DNA of 64,000 nucleotides from Dudresnaya verticillata (Eukaryota), in contig OZ374559.1 in NCBI GenBank assembly GCA_977862235.1, positions 868,001 through 932,000 on the forward strand. Direction: 5' to 3'. Below the pieces are notes generated by a model. That model was given only the letters and a program-made list of their open reading frames with translations, made no database searches and was not told the origin of the DNA. Both the position numbers and the translations under genes were made by a program. Position 1 is the stretch's first letter, and every line of letters begins with the position of its first letter. This document shows positions 36,448 to 49,081 of this stretch, piece after piece.

Positions 36448-37753
36448 TATGATTCACGTCTGCACCTGTCGACGGAAATGAATTTTTACTTCTGGTCACT
36501 GCGGCAGCCTACCACATCCTCGTTCCCGTCCCATCCGTAAGCTTCGCAGATCAAGGTACTGTCCTCGCTCCGGTACCGGATTTTCGTTATGTGTCCCAAG
36601 GTGGTTTACACGAGTGAAAAGACCATGATAAGGATAGCGAGCCGTGCCGAACGTTCTGCACTCTACACCACTGTGGAGATCCCGATGCGGCACATATTCC
36701 GGATGACGCAAATGCGTCGAAGAATTCAACACTGACTACCGTTTTAGGAGCACCACGTCTGTGGCAGTTTATGGTAACTCTTCAACGACGCTGTTTTCGG
36801 TTATACACACTGCTACTGCATTTCGGACTCCAGCTCTATCTACCGGCTCTCGGTATAAGAAGCGCACAAGGTGCCGCACTCTCCCTCTTGCACCAAGTTC
36901 TTTCCTTCGTTCTCCCTCCCTCCCATCCCTACTGTCCTTAAGACTCTTCAAATCCTTCCCTTCGTTTTACCTTACATTTACCCTACATTCCTACTCTAGT
37001 CCCTACATTCCCACTCTAGTCATTGGTTTTAGATGATTGCTACACTACGTAATAAAGTAATCATTTCCTTTTCAGGTTGTGTACAAATCACTTTACGCAC
37101 TTGAAAAGATCATATTGGGGACAGCGAGCAAGCCGAGCGTACTACAAATCAGAATGTACTAGACGCAGGCTGATTCTGGGTTGCACACTCGGGCTGGGTG
37201 GCAACTGCTGAGATTTGTTCCCCTGAGATCGGAAGCAATCCCGGTCTACTAGAGGAGCAGATGTTGTGCCACCTGAGCCGAGCCGCTAAGTTCTTTCCTT
37301 CGTTCTCCCACCCACCCTCCCACACTCTTTTCCTTCAAATTCTTTCCGTCGTTTGTTACCACTTCACAATGCGAAGAAGTGTTCTAGTCTCTATCTTCTA
37401 CATTCTACTGGCATACAAGCCACTTTGGGTTAGTCATTGTTTTGGTGATTACTACTTCCTCCGAATAAAGTAATCATTTCCTTTTCAAAAAAATATTAAA
37501 AAAAGGTGCGCGGTCCTTACAGACGCTCTTCAGTACTGTAAATGCGCCGTTGAGGTTCCCGCGAAATTTCGCTCATGCGGTTTTCCCGCCGCGCGCGTTC
37601 GGAATCGGAGCGCAAGCGAGTCGGCAACAAACAAAGGCTCTGGCCGCGCCACTGTGCACATCCGGTCTCGTCCGAGCACGCTGTGCAGCGCACCAAACAA
37701 GCCACCAAAACCAGGGCACGAGAACGCTCCGAGTCTGGCAAGCGCCGGACGGC

Positions 37754-39613
37754 ATGGATCGCTTGACTTCCAATCGTCCGTGTGGCCCCAAGGTCGAGGC
37801 CACCACGTCAAACTTACCGGTGCCTGAGAACCTCGAGTCCAATCCGGAGTTTGAGCATCGCGATACGCGCGTTTCCAGTACCGAAGACACGGTTGGAAGC
37901 CCCAGCTTGGTGCCGGCGAATGCAGCAACCACACTCCCGACTGGCACTGCGGCTGGTACCCACCTCATCTATGACACCTTTGCGATCCATGACCTCCGCA
38001 AGCGCGCCGAGCCGACTGCCCAGGACCTGAAAGCTCAACCCAACGCGGGGGCTACCACGCCCGAGCAAACTATGGAATTGCCACCGACCTGGTCGCAAGA
38101 CCAGGTCTCAATCTGGCTCTTCAAACCGTCCTTCGAGCCAGGGTACCGCAAGCAATTCATATCGAGTCTCGAAGAGAAGAACATCGAAAGGCGTTTCGTC
38201 CCACTTCTTTCCGCGGGAAGCTCCGGGGCGAGGCATCCTGAGGGCCCTATTGGCTCGGGCAACACGACTACTATCCAGTCAGGCTCTGCGACACACGAAA
38301 GTGATGTTCACAGCGTTCACAACGGACGCAATGGTTTCGGACGTCACTCAACGAGTACGAATTATTACACACGTCCGAATTTATCTGAGCGCTTGTCGAG
38401 AAGCCCAAACCGCGCAGACAAAGTTCTAGATGCGGACAATATCGTGGACATTTCCGATGAAGAGTGTCAGAATACCAATGCCTTGCGAAGAACATCACCT
38501 GTATCCAAGTTGGAAGATCAGGACACCGCGAACCTGTTGACCCAGATTCCGATACACATGTGTGCTAAGAGAGCCCGGGTCGCAACCCTATCAATGCCTG
38601 AGATCCATCAATCTACAGTGCTGCATATAGGCGCAGCAATGGACTCAGTTCACCAGCCCGATGATGATACACGCAACGATCCGGCCATTGCAGACGAAGA
38701 ATGCTCACTGAACGGAAGAGAAGTTGGTGTCGGCGGAGCTGCTGCAGAAGACCAAGGACGTGAAAGTGAGAAGGAATCTTCCATTGGCTCATCACAGTCC
38801 TTTGGAGAATTGGTAACTGGAACCATATCTACTTCAATAACAGCTGGTAAAGATAGTGAATCTAACGAAGAAGGCATAGACTTCGTCGGAAACACCACAG
38901 AGAGTGACAAGCTCACGATAGATTGCGAGAGACCGCAGGAGGAAGCTCCATCTTCAATGGCTTCGTCATTGGCCAGCATCGGAAGGCAGAATACATCTGT
39001 GGGTGTACCAATCCCTACTGAAGACGCAGAAGATGCAATCGAAGAAGCTGCGAACCTAGCTACCAATTTGAACTCTTTTAGTATTGCAAATGACACTGCA
39101 GAAGACAATGGGAGACAGAGCAGTGCGACTCCTGTCATGTTGACTTCTGGAGCTGGCTCTAGATCTACGAATGAGGATTCAACTGTCCAATACCCAACAC
39201 AAATCATCAGCACGTCTACTAGGTCAGCTGAATTGGGTGCCAGCTCTCTCGGACGTAACATGGATGACGGTCCTCGTGTTGCTGAGGTACCACTCGGGTA
39301 CACTACACCTCCTAGGTCCCCGGGGCCTCTCGTGTATGTTGCTCCACTCCCTAGATCTCCGTCACCAGAACACCAGCCATTCACGCTTGCCGGCACCGCT
39401 GTCACTGAAGGCCTGGCTGGAGCCCTTGGAGTTGTAGAACCGGAAAATGGACAGGCTGCCCGGAGCCATTCCCCTAGAGGAGTGAGTTTCTTTCCGTCAT
39501 CGGAAGCAATTCCAGATCATGAAAACGAAATGGCTGGTGTCTACTTTCAAGAGCTAACATCTCTGTTGACCGGCAGAACAGTGAGGATATACATCCGCGA
39601 CGAAACCCGTTAA
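37754..39613 (+). CDS. Hypothetical protein of about 620 aa, mostly disordered (Ser/Glu-rich), with a possible SAM-like motif
   Basis: Long open frame. WSQDQVSIWL..GYRKQF..EKNI weakly resembles a SAM domain. Confidence 0.5.
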   Translation: MDRLTSNRPCGPKVEATTSNLPVPENLESNPEFEHRDTRVSSTEDTVGSPSLVPANAATTLPTGTAAGTHLIYDTFAIHDLRKRAEPTAQDLKAQPNAGATTPEQTMELPPTWSQDQVSIWLFKPSFEPGYRKQFISSLEEKNIERRFVPLLSAGSSGARHPEGPIGSGNTTTIQSGSATHESDVHSVHNGRNGFGRHSTSTNYYTRPNLSERLSRSPNRADKVLDADNIVDISDEECQNTNALRRTSPVSKLEDQDTANLLTQIPIHMCAKRARVATLSMPEIHQSTVLHIGAAMDSVHQPDDDTRNDPAIADEECSLNGREVGVGGAAAEDQGRESEKESSIGSSQSFGELVTGTISTSITAGKDSESNEEGIDFVGNTTESDKLTIDCERPQEEAPSSMASSLASIGRQNTSVGVPIPTEDAEDAIEEAANLATNLNSFSIANDTAEDNGRQSSATPVMLTSGAGSRSTNEDSTVQYPTQIISTSTRSAELGASSLGRNMDDGPRVAEVPLGYTTPPRSPGPLVYVAPLPRSPSPEHQPFTLAGTAVTEGLAGALGVVEPENGQAARSHSPRGVSFFPSSEAIPDHENEMAGVYFQELTSLLTGRTVRIYIRDETR

Positions 39614-41695
39614 GGATCCGAATATCTTGAAGTAGAGGCCTCTATTGCAACCAGGGTTACGATTCCGTGCTATGCAATGCCGTCACGTGATGATTCCCTC
39701 GTGCTATGCTTCTTTTTCTTTATCGCCATACGGCATAGAACTCAGTTTCAACCACTGGAGCTCCTTAAATATGCTTAAGTCTTGATAAAAGCTAGACGCA
39801 AGTGCCTACATATAGGCCCTAGTCATCTATCTGCCCACACAAGGGTTTATCTCACCAAGTGATGGTCCAATCGCAGATCGTGGTTTATTGCAGCGGAAGG
39901 TAGCGTGATGTATTCATTGCACGTTCCCCAGATGTTACCGGGATCAGATTGCTAATCAATTATGAAATAGCCACTGAGCTGGAGGATATCTGGTCTGACG
40001 TAATGCCCCTTTGGCATGCAGCACCGTACAGAACATATGGTCCTGTGCGGCGCATAGTATGGGACTAATGACACTACTAAGTCTGTCTTATTTTCACATA
40101 GACGCAGTTTTATGCTAGGTGTCCACCGCAACCTGCTCCGTACAGTTGTGCACGGGTGTGCTGTCTGGTGATCGCGGAACGCCGGCTGCACCACATGGAG
40201 TCAAAGATCGCGGGCTCAGATCTGGCAGCACGGCCTTTCTCCGCAAGCTGCGCAAAGTCTGACACCACTTGTGCTTGCTGGCAGCCCATAGCGTGAGGTT
40301 CTCACTCAAACGCAAACCTTCCTCACGTTTTACTTTCTGTTGGTTTGGAATTCGTTTCACCTTCCTACTGCACTGGGAAGTCCACTGCGAGCTCAGCTTC
40401 CCATTTCTTTTCCCACCCTCCCTTGCCCCTTTAAGTACGTCTCTAGAATAGTTGCTATGGTCTAATGCTCAAACCGCCCCCAGAGACGAGGTACTGTCCC
40501 TGAACAACCCGACGTGCAACTGTCGGGTGGACGCCCGTAGGTACGGTGGTCGCATACCGCCATCACGGGCACCCGGCGCGTTTCCGAAAGAACCGGCCTG
40601 CCGCAAGTCAGGGCTCTCCAAATTCTACTACCTTAAAAAACGTTTTCGTCAAGCAGCATAAATCCATCTTGGACAGATTGAGTTCATTGCAAGTTCAGTG
40701 CAAATCAAGATGCGAGAGAAGCGTCCGGGAATCGGGACAAATCGTACCAAGGATACCTGTAACACCACTACTGTCCAAGAAATAACTGCCTCGTACGGCG
40801 TGCCGCAGTAGTCCGGCGAGAACTAAAGCAGCAATTACAAGTTATCCTTTGCAACCTTTTTCTTACCAGGAGACGCACATTCTGATGACTATAGAACCAG
40901 CCATTGAACGCCAACCACCGAGGCCTTCGGTTGATGACACCAGTCTCTCAATTGCCGAGTCCACTGACTTGATGTCCTTTTGTAGACCGTACGCCCCGAA
41001 CCCGAAAGATAACTTAGATAAGATTGTCGGTATTTTGTGACCTTCTCCACAGCACGTCACGTGCTTTACAACCAACCCAAGCTGTAGCCCCGAGTTTGTT
41101 ACCCATTTCGTTTCTCCCCCGTCTGACAAATCCTTGAGTATTCCAGGCAGTGTGTTGAGCCGCTACGCCAAACATTGTTAATCAACAGAGTTCTCTACGA
41201 GGAAGGCCTTGTGCAAAATGCTGCGGGTCTTAATTACCGGCGGAGGCAACCGCAACATTCTTTCGCTACTCTCGGGTGCGCTTCCCCAACGGGAGCGATA
41301 ATCCCAGACTTGTTGAAGCCCCCACCACAATGCCGTGATGGTTTGCGGAATCCTACTTGCATTCCTGGGTCGCACCAGGAACGTTTCGGGTACAACTTGT
41401 TCAGCACTCGCTCAACCACATGTCGGTGTATCATTGCGTGATGACGACGACTTTGCCCGCCGAAATGCATCGAACTTTGGTTTAAAAATTGGGCGGGGAG
41501 TTTTGTGTGTGTGTGACGATTTCGTTTTGAACCTCCGGGACCTCCGGAACCTCCGGGATTCGGGCGGAAAGCCGCACCAGGCTTTCGTGCCGTTCCTGGT
41601 GGACTATGGTCGGTCAATCGTGCCAGGCACCGCCCGCGAAGTGGACAGACTATTAGAGACCCCACGGCATGCCCTTTTGCCTGTCGCTACCCCTG

Positions 41696-41743
41696 TGACC
41701 CGCAACCGATTCCTCTTCTGACCCGCAACCGATTCCTCTTCTG
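41696..41743. repeat. 23-bp tandem duplication TGACCCGCAACCGATTCCTCTTC
   Basis: Two perfect adjacent copies about 200 bp upstream of ATG 41938. Confidence 0.85.
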
Positions 41744-41937
41744 CACCCCTCCCTCCTTCAACTTTCCGCCTACTCTCCCTCCTCGAGTACGCAAACACTG
41801 TAACCGCACCGCGAAAGAACCCACCCCCTGATCACTATCCAAGAAGCACCTGCCGCAAGAAGACCTCGAACGCGGTGAACTGCAGTCTGTGCACAAGTCT
41901 ATCGCTTCTCCCACCGCTAATTAAATCCGCATCAGAC

Positions 41938-43215
41938 ATGAACGCCAACGACAGCACCATGGGACTAATCGCAAGAAACAAAACCGAAATCACCGCGGAC
42001 AGCGCTACAAGCGGGCCCAGCACAGCTACTTCGTCGACTGAAGTTGCGAACGCTGTCACTGTGCGTGCAGCCGAAGTGGAACCAACTCCAGGCAGCGTCG
42101 GTTATTCTAAAGGAAAGGTACACGGCAGGCATCATCGCAAGCCTCTGGCGCTTCCCAATCCGATCCCGTCGAAACCCGTGCGCCGCTACCCAAAGCCCAG
42201 CCATGCTGAGCTAAAAGTTGCGATTGACAAAGAGCAGAAGAAAATTCGGCTGTGTTATGAACGTCTTGGCTCTCTTTCCGGCTTCTACAAAGGGCGTCAG
42301 AATATCGTGAACACATACAGACCTGGCATTGAAGCGGCCCGCTATTCCCTCAACAACTTCAAGCAACAGTATCGGGAGGCAGTCAGACTTCAGGAGAATC
42401 TCATGAGGAATATCAAGACTTTGCGGAAGCAGGAAATCGCGGCTCGAAACCGACCGCTTCCGGACCCGCGAAGGATCTCTGGGGCAGGCAAAGACTGTGC
42501 GGCTGTGCTGAAAAACATCCGCTCCGTTGATGCGCTCGAGTCTCGAATCAAAGAACTCAAGCACATTCAAGCGACAGAATTGATGAACATTGCCGAGGAG
42601 AACGTGCTCGTCAAGCAGATCTGTTTTCTGCAGCATCGAGGGCGAGAGTTTGTTCGCGTCCTCGAAGGAGCGCAAGAGCAGAAGGCAGCACAGTCCGAAT
42701 CCCGCAACGAGGCGAGACGAAAACTTGAACGCGCAAAAGCAACTCAACAGCTGGTCATTGGGGCTGCTGTTGAGAGACTCCAACATCAACGGAGGTTGCT
42801 GGAAGAATTATGGAACGAGCGGCAGCTTGAGATTGAGGCACTGGAACAGTCTTGCCTTACCGTCAACCGGAGGGCGGAAAGCGGAAGACTGGCAGAGTTG
42901 AAAGGGGGCATCCAAAGACTTCGGGAAGACTTTGGAAACAAGATGGACTTGTGGCGCCTGAATGAGCGCATTCATTTTGCCCAGAGCAGTATCGCCCCAG
43001 GAGCCCTACATCAGTCTCATCATCATCGCGGTGCTCCGGCACCAGACCTGCGAGAGGATCTGAAGGCCATTTTCAATGTTTCAGTACAAGGTCTTGAACA
43101 GGTCGATGGTAATAATGTCGTCATGTCACCAAGTCTGCCGCCTACGCAACGCCGGTTCTTCCACCCGCCAGTGTTATACCGAGCACTCACAGACCGCTTG
43201 TGGGGGGCCGAGTGA
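41938..43215 (+). CDS. Bfr1/proton-pump-interactor-like coiled-coil protein (probably C-terminally degenerate)
   Basis: PKPSHAELKVAIDKEQKKI and SVDALESRIKELKHIQATELMNIAEENVLVKQI resemble the Bfr1/PPI1 N-terminal core. Confidence 0.55.
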   Translation: MNANDSTMGLIARNKTEITADSATSGPSTATSSTEVANAVTVRAAEVEPTPGSVGYSKGKVHGRHHRKPLALPNPIPSKPVRRYPKPSHAELKVAIDKEQKKIRLCYERLGSLSGFYKGRQNIVNTYRPGIEAARYSLNNFKQQYREAVRLQENLMRNIKTLRKQEIAARNRPLPDPRRISGAGKDCAAVLKNIRSVDALESRIKELKHIQATELMNIAEENVLVKQICFLQHRGREFVRVLEGAQEQKAAQSESRNEARRKLERAKATQQLVIGAAVERLQHQRRLLEELWNERQLEIEALEQSCLTVNRRAESGRLAELKGGIQRLREDFGNKMDLWRLNERIHFAQSSIAPGALHQSHHHRGAPAPDLREDLKAIFNVSVQGLEQVDGNNVVMSPSLPPTQRRFFHPPVLYRALTDRLWGAE

Positions 43216-43626
43216 TTGGGAAATATTCCAAAAGGGTTCCTGAGGGTTTCGAGGATGTTGCGATAAGTGCCTTTGCCCGCAAAAGTGACTTTTGACTAAA
43301 CGATGAGTTCGGGAGGCGGAGGCTCCCCGAATCCCCTCAAGAAATCAAGTTGGCAATGGTTTTCGGAGCAAGAGAGCGCTTCCTTCGCCGGTCGGTTTAG
43401 CTAGAGTCGGATATGATTTAAAACCTTCATTCCTTCCAGGAGATATTCGTTAAGCCCTGGGGCTCTGCATGTAACGTTCCTGATAACTTGTAACAGATCA
43501 CGCTGAGGAACGTAAATGGGTTTATGAAGACCTGGAAGAACCTATTGAGCCGGACAGTAAGGAGGGGTAGTTCATCAGTCCAGGTGACAAGAATCGCATC
43601 GCATCAATCTCCTTCACATCCTATTG

Positions 43627-43665
43627 CCCGAGCGGGACCACCTAAAAGAGCCGAGTTTACCATCA
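43627..43665 (+). mobile_element. LINE 3' terminal stub of about 40 bp
   Basis: CCCGAGCGGGACCACCTAAA...GTTTACCATCA flanked by CTATTG (43621-43626 / 43666-43671). Confidence 0.65.
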
Positions 43666-44059
43666 CTATTGAGCCTCTACGGTTGTGAGACTTGATGAAC
43701 GGTTAATGCCATTGACAGGAAGGTTGAAGTCTTGGACAGACCACATGGAAAATGGGATAAATTACTCTTCTCTCCTTCAGATATCTCTCACCTTCTTTCT
43801 AGCAAGTCCTTTTCCCAATTCCAAACCATATTGGACTGCTCCCTTCCAGCTTGTAATCGTAGATCCTCCACACTCCATCTGGTATTCTGGCTTTCCGCAC
43901 TAGTCCCTCACAATCATTGGCCGAAAACGCAATGCAACTAACGTGTAAAGGCCAAAATCAGCTGATCATGCATACAGCCTGCGACCAAGAAGACTTCCTG
44001 AAACTTGCTTGTTATCTTGCTGGAATGAAAACATGATGCCAATGTATGTGTAGGAGTAG

Positions 44060-44479
44060 CTACGAACGCTCTCTACGAATATCACGGGCCTTGTTAACAA
44101 GGTGTATGGTTTTGAGAAAAAAGATGGCCCGCTTGGCCTCGAGAGCGGACAAATTGGAGTTCTCGAAAAAGTCGACCAAGTATTCGTGAGACGCCTCCTG
44201 CAGAGCCAAGAAGGCAGCGCTCTGGAATCGATGGTCGGGCTTGAGGTCCTGGCCAATCTCTGGAACGAGACGCTGGGACGGGGGCTTGCAGTTGAGCAGG
44301 TCGGTGGGTCCCTGCAACTTGCGAATATCACGAAGGGCAACCGTGCCCGGCCTGCAGCGATGCGGCTTCTTCAAACCGCCGGTAAGAGGAGCAGTGTTCC
44401 GTGCGGCCCTAGTGGCGGGCTGTTTACGTGGAGCCTTGCCCCCAACGGACGTGCCAGCCGTTTTCTTGGTCTCAGCCAT
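44060..44479 (-). pseudogene. H3: Highly divergent histone H3 ORF (pseudogene or variant)
   Basis: [25 protein letters not shown] and ALQEA. Open 139-aa frame with many substitutions at normally invariant sites. Confidence 0.85.
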
Positions 44480-46075
44480 TGTGGCGAAGGGTGGAAGCGG
44501 TCGTGTCGGATAAACAGAGAGAAGGAAGCGTGATGGACGATGTACTGTTGGGCGCTGCGGGTACAGATGGTGGGGGAAGGGTCAATTTCTATCCAAGCTG
44601 GGAAACCGGTCAAGCGCCCCAATGCGTGCGCGGGAAGGCGAGGCTGGAGAGAAGATGTTGATGCAGCGGAGAGAAGCGATGATCGAGGAATCAATATCAT
44701 GACCAAATGGGCTTACCCCATTGCAGAGTGTGAGGCAATGGGGGAAGATAATTTGATGGAATGTTATCACAGAACAGCCCAATGATATTGACAGAATCCA
44801 TTGCCGCCAAGTTCCCGAATCGATTTGGGGGCCGCGATACTATTGGCAAAGCTGAGTGAGGCCTTTTGCCATGGTATATCATAACGAACTTTGAACCAAT
44901 CGGAGTCGTCCCTCAGCCGGACGCACACTTGTCAATACCTCAGCACTCCATCCTCAAATCCCGCGTTGATCATTGGGGGTGTTCCCTTCTTAGTCAAACG
45001 GAGTAAACGGCTACAGCGGCTCTCGGGGTGCCGGTGGCCGTTGCGCGCGCGGACAAGAACCTCAGCCAACCCCCTCCGAAGCGCCAGTGCTTGTCACGCC
45101 ACTGGTGAGTCGCCAACTGCCCGGCCCATGCCGCACTTGCACTTGCTTTCCCCCCGCAACGGGGACCCTAGGCCGACGTTTCCTGTCCACATTTTCTCTG
45201 CGAGCGACTAGGTCGGTCGTTGAACCCGCATGCCCAGACGCACCGGTACACCAGCTTGACCAAGCTCTAGAAGTGAGTTGCCAACTGCTCTCGTTGGCTC
45301 GCGTTGGTTCATTTGCCACGCGCTGTACTGCGTGATATGAACTGCTAACTGCTTCTCGCCCCTATGCGCTCTCGCTTCGGCGAACAAGTCGGATACAACA
45401 ACGGGAGAAATTGAGCCGAAATTGCAACGTCGCAATGCGTTACGCTTCGTGTGCGAAGGGATTAGTAAACCGGTGTTGCGAGTTTCGCTGTCTGTGTCTG
45501 AAGCTGGGTTGAGGATGACGCCAGGCACGGGCGCGGGTAGTCTGGAGAAGCGCTGTGGTGGCCAGGTGTTGGATTGGACACGATGCCTGCACTCCGACGA
45601 CAAGCCAACCTCACAGGTTGTAATGGTATGTTCGGTTCGGACATACCCAATGTTGCGGGACGCGGCGCGTCACACTCGGGCTCAGGGAGATGGCTGATGC
45701 CGATTGAACTATCTGCCAATCTTCGACAATGTTCCGAACAGCCATCAAAGCCCTGGCCGGACCACAAGATCGTGTGGTTCACGCGGGACGTGGGCCAGAT
45801 GGCGTACAACTATGGAAAGTTCTGCAAGCACAACAATAACATTGAGCTACGGTTTGGGATCAGATACGAGCGCACGGGGCGGCACAAGGCGGTTGCGAGC
45901 CTCGCGTCGTTACTGTCGGCCATCGTGTCATGAGTTGGGGCCGACGCCGTACCCAAGGGCGCTGAGGGACTGTGAGACTGTGTGCGCTTGAATGGTGACA
46001 GATCTACAGCTTGTCGCATAGTGCCCAAAGATATCAAGGATTGGAACCTGAGCGGGTATGCCTTGGGGAGACAAG

Positions 46076-46376
46076 AGACAGGAGACCTTTATTTAAAGAA
46101 CAAGAGAGAAGCCCCTTAAGGGGCCTTAGGATTCAGAGCTACCATAAAGAGGCGGAGGAGCAAGCTTGCGGCGGTTGACACTCACCGCGACGCATTGGAG
46201 AACTAAAGAGAGTAAACGAGTAGTGAGGCGGAGTTTCTCCGTAGACGGAGAGGTTCCGCGCTTGCTGGCAATGAAATTAGCAATACGTTGGGCGCCAACT
46301 TCAAAGCCAGATCCAACACGGCCATAGACATCTACAACCATAGGATGGAGAACCATATCCAAACTAGCGCATACGC
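46076..46376 (-). mobile_element. CRE-like 3' stub
   Basis: LHPMVVDVYG..QRIANFIA..VNRRKL* followed by hairpin GCCCCTTAAGGGGC. TSD GGGGAGACAAG (46065-46075 / 46377-46387). Absent at 18749. Confidence 0.87.
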
Positions 46377-46719
46377 GGGGAGACAAGCAGGACATGGGCG
46401 ATCATCACGGTAGATCATGACACTCAGTTTGAGTTTTAGCATGGTGAGCCATACTTCGGGTTGTATACGGGTAGAAGAAGATCGTATTGGAGAGCACTGA
46501 AAGGGCGGCTAGACTTCACAGTGAAGGTAGAAAGAAGCCGTACTCAGGCATGAGATCTATTCTGACCACTCATCTGGGACATGAGGCCGGCCGCAATTTT
46601 CGGTGAATGTAGGGAAGAACATCTTGTGACGATGCGGGAACGACAGCATCGCCTGATGAAGATGCTTTAGATAAGATAGAAGAAGGGCATTGGTCACGGT
46701 CTTCACGGCGTAGATGCTG

Positions 46720-47322
46720 CAGGGTCGTATTTGTGACTACCAAAAACAGAGGTTTGGAAAGTCATAGTCATGCCCTTTTTATACCAAGTCAGTCATATTC
46801 AGTCAAATAGCAGTCATCTTTACATATCTACAACTTTCGCGGCAACTTTACGCACTAAACGCTTAAAGTTGGCTGCGTGCGGGTGCAACAACCCCTCTTG
46901 AGGTAATCTGATCTCCTGCAGCTCGCTTTTCACAAACACGCGAATCATCTCAGACATTTCCAGCGTACTTGTTATCAAAGACTAGCTCTGATTTCCTTCA
47001 CGTCTTCCCAGATCACTGAAGAGACGCTCGGCTGGGGCTAAAGTATCGTTGCTAAAGTCGAGGGCGATACTTTGTTCAGTGCTCACATCCCAGCAGATCG
47101 TAGATTGGCTTGACGCGGCATGCTCTCCGCCGGCGGCGGCTGGGGACGACCGGCGGCGGCCACCAGTACATGCTCTCCACGTTGTACACCGGGGACACAT
47201 GTACAGATCACCACGTGTCTTTTGTGTATCCAGCGTTTAGTCAGTCAGCGAAAAAGGGAGAGTCAGTCAGTCAAAAGTCACCTAAATTTTATGCCAGTCA
47301 GTCAGTCACAAATACGGCCCTG
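46720..47322 (-). mobile_element. Non-autonomous hAT DNA transposon
   Basis: 19-bp TIR CAGGG(T/C)CGTATTTGTGACT. 8-bp TSD AGATGCTG/AGTTGCTG (one mismatch). Internal APAERLFSDLG is a remnant of the hAT dimerization motif. Confidence 0.88.
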
Positions 47323-47735
47323 AGTTGCTGTTCACGAATGTGATGAAGAGACGGGTGCTTCAGCATTGCAAGAGAGTACCCCCAATATGGCCTTGATCCG
47401 GACGTGTACCTTTGAGCAGCAATCACAGGCCTTGCGTTTGTGACGGGCATCACCATGCCCTTCCAGCTCGCCATGGTAACGACGAGCAGGTAGGTAACCC
47501 GGTGCGTTTGACACTCACGTGACCCTCAGGGGCAATTGGGCTGCGAATAGTGAGGCACCCAGCTTCCAGTTACACTGCGATCTTTCTTCCAAGCGGATTG
47601 CTCCGTCTGCCCAAGCTTGTCGAGTTCACGAAGATGGACGGGAACACAACGGCTCCGCGCCCGTTTCATCACAGTACCCCCTGCGGCCGCTTATTGAGAT
47701 TCACATTATCATGGCTATTGAACATCTCCACGATT

Positions 47736-48146
47736 GTCCCGCGCCGGCCCTGCGACTCGCCGACTACCGCGACAGACTGCTGGCCATCCGGTGGCATTTG
47801 GGTACCTTCCCCATCCCCCCTTCCTGCCCTACCAAACGTGCAACCCTTCGAACCCACACCCAAGCTCTCCATCTGCTCTCCAAGCCAGACGCCACCCCAG
47901 ACGATCTACACACCATTGCCAGTACGATCGCCGCCATCCGCACCCTGTGCTCTGCCGAGTTTCCCTCTCTGAACACGCCGCCATCCTCCCAATCATAGAC
48001 ACACCACCGCTGTCCTTTTTTCCTTCCCGGGGTACACTACAGTGACAGCCCTCTGCCACTGTAGCTGATCCTGGTGTGCCTGCACATGGGCCTTTAAGTC
48101 GCCCGAGCGGGACCACCTAAAACAACCATTAAAAGTTTACCATCAC
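47736..48146 (+). mobile_element. 5'-truncated LINE (RWHLGTFP family)
   Basis: PALRLADYRDRLLAIRWHLGTFPIPP plus the terminal motif. TSD CACGATT (47729-47735 / 48144-48150). Empty site at about 27585. Confidence 0.87.
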
Positions 48147-49081
48147 GATTAACCGTGCTCTTCATGTCACTCCAAAGCATTAGGCCTCAAGCGAGCACGT
48201 CAAAAGCGGCGCCCTTGACCGGGTTGCGGTAGGGTGGGATTTTACGTCAAATCCCGCGTGTCGCCATGCTATTAAGCCGCCGCCTAGCGCGAAGAAACCT
48301 TCAATAACACCCGGGCTCCTTGAGAACAAATCTGGACTGCGCTGCGCATTACCAACAGTGGAGCGGTTGTTCGTTGCGGAGACCGAAGTGGTCTGTGGCG
48401 GCGGGAAAGCGCGGACGGGACGGTTGGACATTGCAGCATATACGGAAACGCGGACGCTTGAGAGACGCGTCTTCTCACTGAACGAGAGAGTCGATGTCGA
48501 AGCGGGCTGTGTCAGGCTGCGTCATCCCTCCTGCAGCGGCATGATCGGCCGCAGTGGGCCGGCTCGAGGACAGAATATGCCAAGATGCGTCCCACGCGGT
48601 AGCACCAGCGCAGACGCACTGGTACCTGTTCTTCATCCACACCGAAACATTTTCGAACATTTTGCACCTTGCGAAGTTTATTTTCTTTCTGTTTGTGCAA
48701 ATTTCACTCCAGATCCGGTGTGTCCGCCAATGAGGAGCGTACACGTCGCCCACAACGTTGCAATTCCTCTCAGCTCGGGCCCAACCACTCCGTGAAAGGG
48801 ACGAGATCCGCCAATGCGCTTCTGCCGCTCTCGACGGCCTAACCCTCTGCGTACTTACAGTACCAATTGGGAATTGCAGCAATTGCTCCGCATTGCATTG
48901 CACCGTCCGCCGTTCGCACCGTCGAGCCACTGCGCGTTCCACCAGTCGCGCCAATACATCTTCCGGTGAACCGCCCTGCCCCGGACTCCATCTCTCACCC
49001 ACCCCATCTCCGAGCTCCAAGCCCGTTTCAGCCCTTTCGTCGAATTTCTTCTCCTTGCAGACGCCTTCAGTCTACCAACCG

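Larger units (their letters stand above)
32125..37485 (+). mobile_element. DIRS/Ngaro-type tyrosine-recombinase retrotransposon (degenerate; boundaries approximate)
   Basis: gag-like ORF 32125-32628. RT (DWSSGYRH, LPFGWTASP, WLDD). RNase H (HTDAA, ITLREL, HIDN). MT-like WNPPP..VPHW..APWF. YR with HSLRSG..GGWRS. Confidence 0.85.

Noticed and set aside
36695..36725. GGATGACGCAAATGCGTCGAA, a hammerhead-like hairpin
   Set aside because: Lacks the CTGATGA/GAAA core and stems I and III.
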